The notes under the pieces were generated by a model. The model did no database searches and was not told where the DNA came from. It saw only the letters and a list, made by a program, of their open reading frames with translations. Position numbers and translations under genes: made by a program. A DNA stretch of 57,874 nucleotides, filler included, from Sphacelaria rigidula (taxonomy: Eukaryota): the NCBI GenBank assembly GCA_964200075.2. It is 6 parts of 6 records of this genome, joined end to end, with 100 filler letters (N's around TTAATTAATTAA, not from the genome) between each part and the next. Parts side by side here need not be neighbours in the genome. Positions count along the whole stretch, not along the records: positions 38,651 to 48,212 come from CAXNAA020008211.1; positions 48,313 to 57,874 come from CAXNAA020008212.1; 4 more parts are not named here. The stretch is one strand, 5' to 3'. Shown here in pieces: positions 47,833 to 57,874 of the stretch. Positions within the stretch are counted from its first letter, which is position 1. Every line of letters begins with the position of its first letter.

Positions 47833-50800
47833 GTGAGTGTTGTGTTGGCCATCCGAATATGTCCGTATCATGGAGTAAATTATCGGTTGGGTGGGGCAAA
47901 GTGAATACGCCGTGTCTGGCGCACCCGGTTCCTTGATGTTTATTTTGTTTTTTATTTTGTCACATTTCGATCCTTTCCCTTTCCTTCCTCGGGAAGAACC
48001 CGCAGTCTCAAGGTGGCGTTCTATCTCTTCCCCAGTACCCACCTTTCATTTCGTGTTTTTGTCAGGATTTGACCAGCACCCCCATTTAGGCATGCTTTCG
48101 TGAAATTTACTCCGCCGGTGACACTTTCTAGGATAGCCCCCCCCCCCCCACCCCTTGCTCCGTCTCGAAAGGGATGCGTGGTCAATGGTCAAACGACTAA
48201 GGCAAGCAACAANNNNNNNNNNNNNNNNNNNNNNNNNNNNNNNNNNNNNNNNNNNNTTAATTAATTAANNNNNNNNNNNNNNNNNNNNNNNNNNNNNNNN
48301 NNNNNNNNNNNNCCTATAAATACCGGCGCAGTCGGTGAGGACGGAGGGGCGAGGTGGGGTGAGGGAAGGGAGGTGGTGGGAGGGGGGGGGGAGGTGTGAA
48401 AACACCACAACCTGGACAAAAGATTACATTGCCAAAAAGTGTACTACGCACAGTACAGACTTTAGTGTCGATTTCAGTGGATAACAGATTCCACGCTGTA
48501 CGCACTACATTTTTTTTACAAAGGAATATACTGTCTAGGGTGTGCGAAAAACACACAAACAATCTAAAAAAATAATACTTGTGACAAATGTGGGTGGAGA
48601 GCACGACGATTAAAATTTTGGTAAAGCGGTGTTGTAATTGCTCATCGAAAAAATAAAGAAATAAAAAAACGGAAACGAGTGCCGAGGGCAAGGTGCGGCT
48701 CAACACGCCCAGAAAAAAAAAGACGTTTGGATCGTTCTACTTTCAACAGGATACCTCGCATTTATGTGACCGTCATTCCACGTGGTGACCGAAGGGCATT
48801 GACTGCTCCCTCCTCGAACAAGCGTGTACCCCAAGTTTTGTACGGCGTATGACCCCAGCGACCAAACTACAGTCCGAACCAAAAATTTAGCTCTCACCAT
48901 GTAGTTCAACGGCTCTCGTGTAGCCGGAATAGATTAATCGATGGACTGATCGATCGTAGCACATCAACTGTTGCACTACGAATCCAGACGTCGTCACCCG
49001 ATAGACGTCCTAATAGCAAACAATTCCGGGGAAATCCCGAGGGACCCCGCGAAAGGGTAGGGAGGAGAAAAACTTCACGTCAACATCTAGTATCAGCCGC
49101 GACAAATACAATAATACACTACAATACAATACGGCACCGTCGTGGTCCCACCCAACGGCAGTGGCCTTGTTGTGATGGAAGCAAAAATTGACCGCCCTCG
49201 AACGAAACTCAGGCGTGAAGTGTACTTGGTCCTATAGAGCACCCTGAGGGTGGAAGCCGGTGCACACCGCCATGAAGTTGGGCGCCGCCTTATAATGAAA
49301 ACATCTCAAAGTTGGGACACGTGTTTGCTACACGCTTACACTAGCTACGGTGCGCGCACACAATCATCTCGAGCGACATGCCTCCCGTATGTTTCGGTGT
49401 CAGTCACGCCTCTTCCCTCCTCCCCGCCCGCACCCGCCCCCCGCGGCACCGAGTCAACGATTTCGGCAACATCTTGTGAACGATCGAAGTTTGCCTTCGG
49501 CGTCAATTTCGCCATCGCTTTAGGGAACACCAATGAATCTGAAAACCCCGCATTCGTGTGTCTACTGATCGTACACGCAAAAAAACAACTTAATCTGTTG
49601 GAGAGTTTCGGAAAAATTCGAACATTATTTTATAATCAAGACGGGAGAATTTCAGAGTAGAGGCTTCCAAAAACTTGAGAATGGCACGTGAAAACTTCAG
49701 GACGGAATCTGACGTGATGTGGCTTGACGTCACTCCATTGTTCGCAGTGATTGGCCGCAGGTTGTCCCGCCAAATGTGCGATCGACCAGCGTCCGGATGA
49801 AAACTGCATGGGTCAGCACAGCACTGCGCAGTGGCGAGACTGTAGTACAGACAGTAACTTGTTACTGTGTTGTGTCGCACCCTGCGGCGCCGTACCGTAA
49901 CGTACCGTACACTACGATTCACTGCAATTGCACTGCTTCACTAACGCCACAGTGCACCACAGGGTGCTGTAGTACTTCGCAATATGCAGTATACAGTATA
50001 CAGTATACAGTATAGTACAGCACAGTCCAGTGCAGTGCAGAACCCTATAGCGATATCGTAGATACAGCACGGCAGCACTCCAAAGGAACAAAGTCCGCAT
50101 TGCAAGGACTTTCCAACATGTCACTCAATCACAGTAGTGCAAGACGTCGTTCTTCCAGCTGAGGCTGGCGACAGTGAGGAGCTGTACCCAAGGCAACGTC
50201 TTGTGCGCGCCGAGCACTCAACTTCCACGTAACACAACCAGCGAATGCTGATACACTGGCGGCAACAGGGAGGTCCCCTGTCTACGATGCCAAGCGCCAC
50301 CACCTCGTGGCTGGTTCATTGTGAAACGCAGTTTGTTGTGATGGATGTCGCACTTTGCTTGTTGGGGTATGTTGATTGCGAACTGGCGATGGCGGTGACG
50401 GTGGAGATGGGGGTGGTTACTTTTCGTTCCGTACTGAGGGCGGAAGAGGTTAATTGTCTTTGAGTGTGGAGTGATTGACACAGGGCTTCGACCCTGAAAG
50501 GTTTGTGCTGAACTTTCTTCATTGTGGGTGTACATATACCGTCACCGGCTTTCCTCCCTTCCGTTCCAATCCTAAAATGCGGAGAAATAGTTTCCGAAGC
50601 TCTCCATTATCTTTGTAATATTGTCCAGCGCTCACAAGTATTCGCTTTAGACACCGCTCACTATCGAAATATAACCATTACACTGTACAGACAAGCAGAT
50701 TCAACACATCCGTATACTTCGCACGAAGTTTGTACGCAGCCCAGTAGTGACAGCATCAAGGACATATTTCGCTGCCGTATGCTTTGCTTCAGTTCGCAAG

Positions 50801-51849
50801 TATACGTGTGACACACCACATACTACCGAGACTACTACTCTTCAGTGCAGTCAACTATAGTGTTGTGCAGGACAGGACAGAAGAAATGTGTGAGTGTGTG
50901 TGTTGTCATCACATCTGTTCTGGACGCCTGTCTACAGCTTTCGGTAGATATGGGCGCATCAGCCGGGGTCACACAGGTGGGATGCCAACACATGAGTTTT
51001 TTTATCGCGAGAAGAGTCCAGCGGCCCCTTTCCCTCGTGTAAGAAAGAAGTACAAGCGGTGAAACATGTACGTGAGATTGATCTTACTCATGTCGTACTG
51101 TCTGTTGTATTCTTGTACCGATAATGTGACTAACAGCACTCACTGTACTGTATTGTACTGTACTGCTGTATACCTACTGCACTGTCTCTAATAGTTTCGG
51201 TAGCGTCGTCTGCATTATCGCTCATTTTTTCCTCCCTCCACCCGTCTCCCAATATTGACGCGAGAAGGTGGTGTGCGCTCTGTGCTGAAAACAGACATCT
51301 GGCCACCATTCGGAGTTATCATGCGCGGGACGACAAAACCATCAACTACCTGCTGGAGGTCATCATTCTCCCTCATAGTCAACGTGGTTTGTGAATTGAC
51401 GTCACGAAGTCATCAAGAGACAAGAGTATTTGAGGTCGTACCCGATCTACCCAAAATTTCAGTCGAGTATTGAGGTGATACCCAAGTGATACTTCACGCA
51501 CGGGTATTGCTGAGTGTATTTACCCGGTTTTGTGGTAGATAATTTGAGATCGTACCCATTCTACCGAAAATATGGGTAGAGTATAATCAAATCGTACCAA
51601 ACCTACCCATGTTTCAGGTGCAGTTTTTGAGGTCGTACCCAATCTGCTCAAATCTTGGGGTAGAGCACTCCGAGGCCGAACCTGGGTAATCACCCGGATG
51701 CGCAAGAGTACATACCCCACCCAACACGGCTTTGGAATATTTCTTGGCGACAAACACTCCGCCATGACCATTTTGGTTTTACTTGAACTTTGCTTTGCGA
51801 CCAATGTCGTTGCCCGCGACAGGTCTGTAAACTCAATAACTGAAACGAC

Positions 51850-51880
<31 letters not shown>

Positions 51881-52762
51881 GAATACGGGATTCGTAATAT
51901 CTGCTCACAAGTTAGGTCACCCTGAAATTACCAGGTCAATCTGATGAATTTCAAGAACCTGGGGATATTTTCGGGGCAACCCCGCTTCGTGCGTTTCACG
52001 AAGTATTCCCTAGGGGTACAAGTGCTATCAGTTCGAACCCAGCAGAAACAGGCCTGTCTTTTGATTTTCAACGTTCGTTCCAAGATCTTCGCCGGTGATG
52101 GTTCATCACCTCCTTCCCCCTCCTCCTCAAAAGTAAGGGAACATATACAAAAAAAGGAGTACCTGTGATTTTCGCAACACAACATGGCGGTGCAATTTTC
52201 GGTTTCGGGCGCGGCGCTGAACGCGGGATGAGCACCTCGAGAACACGTTCCAGTGCCTCAGTCCCACGCTCGAGGTACCTAGACAGCATGCCCGAGACAC
52301 TTTCTACGATAGCCCCCCCTAAAAAAAGTGCAAGGTTTTGGGAGGCGAAATCTTCACGTAAATCGAAATGGGAAAAGCCAAGCACAAAGAGAAGCTGGGA
52401 ATTCCCACGCTTGGGTTCGTTCTGGCCAATGTCGCCAATATGAGGCGCTTCACGCAGCCTGAACCCGAACATCAGGCGCTGTATGGCCAGTTTTTTCGTG
52501 ACACCTTTAGCTGGTTTTGGGGGTGGACTATCGTAGAAAGTGTCCCGATTTTTTTTTTACACATGGTATCAGGCGTGACTACGACGCGAGAGGGAAGAAG
52601 CCTATTAGAAGGGTACACCCGACCCGCAGCCAAAACATCATCTCATACCCTTTCTTGTTCTGCCTACTCTTGAATGCTGAAGTGCGTACCCATTTTGATC
52701 GAGCGGTGCCCGTACAGCAGGCTCCGCAGAAGATACGCCGGACAGTCACAATTTTACACTCT

Positions 52763-52763
<1 letters not shown>

Positions 52764-52802
<39 letters not shown>

Positions 52803-52811
52803 GCTGTTGTT
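52764..52811. repeat. (TTG)n microsatellite
   Basis: Direct reading. Other microsatellites: (TA)n ~17614-17635, (TG)n ~18259-18289, (CT)n ~47552-47581, (AC)n ~51853-51880. Confidence 0.9.
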
Positions 52812-54580
52812 ATGATATTACACCTCCCACAAAAGGCCGAAACGCAACGACCAAGGAAAAAAGCCCGCTGCTGTTTGGTCGGCGGACCCCAAAGATTCGA
52901 CGATGGATTTGGGGAAGGGACGCTCGTGTGCGGGAGATCACGAAAATCCAAAGGTGTGTGAAAAGTCTTGCCGGCATACACACGCCGCAGCGGCATCATG
53001 TGGCGTCACGATGTGGAAGATCCGAACGTGGAGTGTTAACACCAAGATTCCAACTTTAGATGGGGTGACCGTCCCCAAGTGCTTCGAACAGCGCTGCTAA
53101 CGCACATTTCGCACACGGCACTCTTTGCACCCCCCTTCGCCCAAGGGTTCTCGGTATGGCCTTGGGTTGGTATTGTCAGCGCGTTGGAGAGCATGCGTAC
53201 AGCGTGAGCCGGGATGCAAAACACATATAACGACGATATCGTCGAGTTCACATCGTCCACACGACGCGACACCACGTGCTGTACATGCGATCACAAAGAT
53301 AACGACTCCACTCCCCGCTCACGTATTTAAACCCCCATGCACAATGTACCATCACTTCGAAAGGTGCTTTACGAAGCGGATGACGCGTACCAGCGGCCAC
53401 CCGTGCATCTCCTTTTTTGGTGGTGGGGGTGGATCAAGGTTAAAGATTTGCAGTTTGATGAAGGGCCGGCACCGCAGCCGCCTTGCAGCAGAACACTGTT
53501 TTTTGGGAAAGGGCACTGATATCGTTCCACTGCGGTGTAACGTCTGGTGTGTTGCTCCTCCCGATAATTTGATATTTTCGTGCTACACTTGCTCGGCTTG
53601 GTGTGTTTGCGCGTGCGCGTTGTCGTCCCATCTATTCTGGACCTCAGTCTACACTTTTCGGCATATGTGGGCGTATCATCCGGGGTCAGAGCAGCACATC
53701 CAGTGATGGGTAATCCGATTCGTACGCGCCTGCAATCTCATCCGTAACCTGACGTCCCGATCGCTAAATTACAGATCCCGCAACGCCCTGATCTTCCACA
53801 TGGTGCACTCATTTCAACATCATGAGCAACTGTGATGGTGGATTTCCCGCAGCTTTCAAGAGTCCTTACATTGTGTGGAATGAGTTGAAAAAATGGAGCT
53901 GGTGAACCCTTTGAGAACCCTCCCGTCCCGTCCCCGGTCCGGACGCCTCATTATTTCAAGCGCTGGCAGAGAAAAAAAGATGGGAAAAGGAAATACCGAC
54001 AACAACCATTTTTACAGCGGAAGGCCACAGAAGAATCCACCGACATACGTTATGCTTGCACCAAAAATGTCGTCCCGGTGCGGTCGGGTTAGTTTCATCG
54101 AATGAGGGCACGCAACGGGACAAGCATGCTTTGTCCACACGGCAAAAAACAGCACCGCGACCTCTGAATCTTAATACAACAAAAATCAGCACAACCTTTA
54201 TATTTTCTATATATATGGTGCCGTGTGCGACGGCGGCACACATTTATATAGGTGGCGCACCCCACTGGAGTATTGCTGTGCTGCAGTCGAGAGGTCATAC
54301 CCGCCCAACACTTGGCGAGCGTGCTAAGCCACATCGCACAAACAAGGTAGTATGGCGGAGCACACAGAAACCCCCTCACACACAAACAAGGTGCTGTTTC
54401 TTCCACGACATATGGCTGCAGCTTCTCGGGACCACTATTTTGCTCAAGGCGTGTTTTTCAGACTCGCGACAGCTTTAAACTGTCGGTGAATCGCGCAAGT
54501 ACTGTATCGCAACGACGTGTTCTGCAGCGCACAGAGGCGCGTCTTGTCCAAAGAGAGAGGCAGAGAGGAAACGATCTTCG

Positions 54581-56468
54581 CAAGGTTGTGTTCTCCAGGG
54601 TCCGGTTTTCTGTATACCCCAGGTATTTTGCCGGGTACTTGCCGCACCGGATAGTTCTGTGACTTCTGTAAGACATTCATACCGGTATCGAAGAGCTCTG
54701 TAATCTATGTAAGACTTTCATACCCTTACCTGATACTTCTGTAGTCCCTGTAAGACTCCCGTACCGTTACCGGGGGGCACGGGTACCCTGTTGGAAAGAT
54801 ACCCAGTTGCGGGTACGGTTTTCTGTGCAACCTCCATACCCTACCCGACAATTTCTGTAAGTTCTGAAAGCCTCCTATACCCTTACCCGACAGTTCTATG
54901 AGTTCTGTACAGAAGGTTTACCCGTACCCGGAGCGCGGGTATGTTCTTGAAGAAATACCTGATTGCCGGTACGGTTTTTCTGTAAGCCTCGTATACGCTA
55001 CTCGACAATTTCTGTAAGTTCTGAAAGCCTCCCATACCCTTACCCGACAGTTATGTGAGTCCTGTGCAGAAGGTTTACCCGTACCCCGAGCGCGGGTATG
55101 TTCTTGAAGAAATACCCGATTGCCGGTGCGGTTTTTCTGTAAGCCTCCTATACCGTACCCGACAAGTTGTGTAATTTCTTCAAGACTTTCATCCACTACC
55201 GGTACCGAACAGTTTTGTGAGCTCTGTAAGCCTCCCATACCCCTACCCGGGGTTAGGGTATACCGTTATAGATATACCCGATTGCAGGTACGAGCACAGG
55301 TATATACCTTGGCGAGGTACGGGTATAGGTTAAATCCAAACACAACTTCATGACCTTTTCATGTACCTCCCATCGATCAACCCATCCAACTCCTTCATTT
55401 AAAACTGCACAACAATAATTTAATGTTGAAAAGTTATTCATTGGTAGTTTGAAATCTGACGGGATATAAGGTACCGCCGAGTAGAAACACGAAACATGAG
55501 CAGCACTGCAGACCGTCAAGATGGATCACCCCCAGACTCGAGTGGTGGCTCGAGCGGGGGTGATTCATCTGCGCCACCAGGCGATCAAGTAGCAAGACGC
55601 GCGTCATCGACGTTGATGGTGGTCGTGTCGTGGTCATCAAACCCCGCAGGCCGTTATCGACAAGTACAGCACAGAGCATGAGCTCCCACCAAACGTGCTG
55701 AAGGGCTTCCAGAGAGCGGGCAGCCTTGAATGCTTCTTCATGTACTCTTTGGGAGTGTACGTGAAGCCTATAGATAGATGTTGACGATCCCGTGAACATG
55801 TACTACTGCACTTGTTGGTGTAGCCTTTCTCTATCAACCCCGTTGAGCCGTTCAGAGTTTTTACTCACTGTCATCTGTATTTCGCCTCTGTTGTATTGAC
55901 GTAGGTCCCACCACGGGGGTGATGATAATACCAGAGTCGTGTTTCGTAGGGTACGGTTTTCTGAATACCCGGAGTATTTTGCCGGGCATTTACCGTCCCC
56001 GGCAGTTCTGTGAACTCTGTATGACATACAAACCGGTATCCAAGAGCTCTGCAATCTTTGTAAGACCTTTATACCCGTACTCGATAGTACTGTAATCTCT
56101 GTAAGACTCCCGTACCGTTACCGGGGGCGCAGGTATGCTGTTGATAAGATACCCGGTTGCGGGTACGGTCATCTGTGCAACCTCCATATCCTATCCGACA
56201 GTTTCTGTGAGTCCTGAAAACCTCCCATACCCTTACCCGACAGTTTTGTGAGTTCTGTACAAAACCTTCACCCTAACCCGACGGGCGGGTACGCCCTAAA
56301 AGAGTTACTCGATTGCCGGTACCGGTTTTCTGTAAGCCTCCGGTACCGTGCCCAACAAGTCCTATAATTTCTGTCAGATTTCCATACCGGTACCCGGTAT
56401 TTCTGTAGATTCTGTAAGGAATCTCATACCCTACAGAACGTATCCGTACCTCACAGAACACAACCTTG
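54581..56468 (+). mobile_element. Non-autonomous hAT-like DNA transposon, 1888 bp
   Basis: 14-bp TIR CAAGGTTGTGTTCT / AGAACACAACCTTG; 8-bp TSD GATCTTCG / GATCTTTG; dense subterminal TACCC/TACCG repeats; central decayed coding-like segment. Confidence 0.85.
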
Positions 56469-57424
56469 GATCTTTGCATCGTTCAACTCCACAGACAAGA
56501 AGAGAGAACACCCCTCGGCACCTCGATGTTCTTCGGGGGGGCTGGGCAGCAATAACCTGCCTACCGACAGATGGGAAATTGGGTACGTGCTGGTAACATG
56601 AATGACGCCAGTTTCTCGAGCGATTCGGAATCGCCGAGCGAGGACACACAAGGGACACGGGCGAGGAGCTTCCTCTCTGTCGTCGCTTCTCTCTCTGGTT
56701 ATATCGTCATCGACACGCGCGTACACCTCATTCGTTCAGTGCACCTAGCCACAACTGTTCAACTGCTGCATATGTTTTGGGGTAAAGATGGCTTCCCTTG
56801 GTGTAACTGCTTCACGCCATTCCTGAAAAAAGTTATGCCGCTTGAACCCCAGTTTAGTGTGCAACTCCAAAACTTAGAATCGGATGTCATCGGTAGAAAA
56901 GTCGTTCCAGTATCGCCTGTAGAGATGCTCAGCGCGGGGGACGCGGTCGTGCGCGCGCTGTCGTCCCTTCAAGACACTGAAACGTCGGTCACATGTCATG
57001 TAAACTACAATCAACAAGCCCATGTGTCTAGCTAGATCTAAGGTGGGGTATTGCAGCAGTGCGAAAAGAGATGAGAAGCGCTTAGATTCGGTTTTGTTCC
57101 TTTTTTTTCTTTCCGGCGCAGGACTGCTAACACGACGTCCCAAAAGTAAGCTTGGACATGCTGCCCAGGCACCGTGGGCGTGGGGCCGAGGCGCTAGAAC
57201 ATGTTTCCGAGGTGCTCTGCCGGGGTGCAGTGCCGCCCCCCAAATCACAAAGTGCACCACCCTGTTATGTTGCAAAAACCACACGGTATGTGCACTCTTT
57301 TGATATATTCTCCTTGTTTTTTCTAGCATGGAACATGATTTTCGACCGCGGGTACAGAAACATATTTTGCACCAACATTATAAGAAGTAAAACGTAGAGT
57401 TGTGAACTGGTTTGGCTAGTCAGT

Positions 57425-57585
57425 TAACTGGTTGCAGAAAATTACAACCAGTTACAGTTACCAGTTAAAACTGGATAACTGACGGCGAAGCCGCCTCGCG
57501 ACTCCGCTAGCGTTGCCTGGTAAGGTAACGCGGCGGAGTCGCCTAAACGCCTCCCCCCGGCTGATGAGGGCCCCCCGCCGGAGGC
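57425..57585. other. Cluster of five consecutive hairpins
   Basis: Stems at 57425-57454, 57455-57481, 57483-57493 (CGGC-GAA-GCCG), 57498-57542 and 57549-57585. Confidence 0.7.
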
Positions 57586-57874
57586 AAGACAACTACACCA
57601 TCCGGCTTCACATCTTCGAAATCGCGGTGAATTCTAGCTGCCTAGCGCCAGCAATTCGAGCACGTAATCAGTGCACAAAAGCATACATGCATGGGGAAAA
57701 AAAATGTCCCTGAACTTTGCGACGTGAATTAAAAAACGAAGCGGTGAGACAGTAGTGCACCATACATAGCGTCTAGGTGTCAGCGCTGTGCGTTCATGTA
57801 GTCGCACTTGTAAGACCCACTTTTATGGCAAACGAATCCCGATTTTTTTGGACCCTGATTTTGAAAAAATCGGG

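Noticed and set aside
54600..55330. CRISPR-like array
   Set aside because: Degenerate subterminal transposon repeats without constant repeats and unique spacers; eukaryotic context.
55600..55790. Further eIF2B gamma exon
   Set aside because: Lies in a different fragment, inside the hAT-like element, and is frameshifted.
57561..57590. CTGATGAG as a hammerhead ribozyme core
   Set aside because: No GAAA closing stem II and no compatible stems I/III.

Overview
Repeat-rich eukaryotic DNA, most likely a brown alga (Phaeophyceae); this is inferred from intron/exon style and TE content, not from a search. The window is not one locus. It is six fragments (1-9564, 9665-19226, 19327-28888, 28989-38550, 38651-48212, 48313-57874) joined by 100-nt N44-TTAATTAATTAA-N44 spacers that recur exactly every 9662 nt, so nothing can be inferred from proximity across spacers. 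Host genes visible: an N-terminal exon of a serine racemase, three exons of translation factor eIF2B gamma, and an 8-exon gene for a secreted Pro/Thr-repeat protein with RxL motifs and a 22-nt micro-exon. The rest is mobile DNA: a Ty1/copia element inserted in a decayed Ty3/gypsy element and itself hit twice by a MITE, a 5'-truncated RTE-type LINE plus five shorter 3' copies, a 1.9-kb hAT-like element with an 8-bp TSD, several foldback MITE families, a TGT...ACA MITE with 5-bp TSDs and a telomere-like core, two possible KDZ-type transposase relics and a five-hairpin cluster. No rRNA, tRNA or CRISPR array was seen, and I cannot demonstrate a novel multi-gene system.
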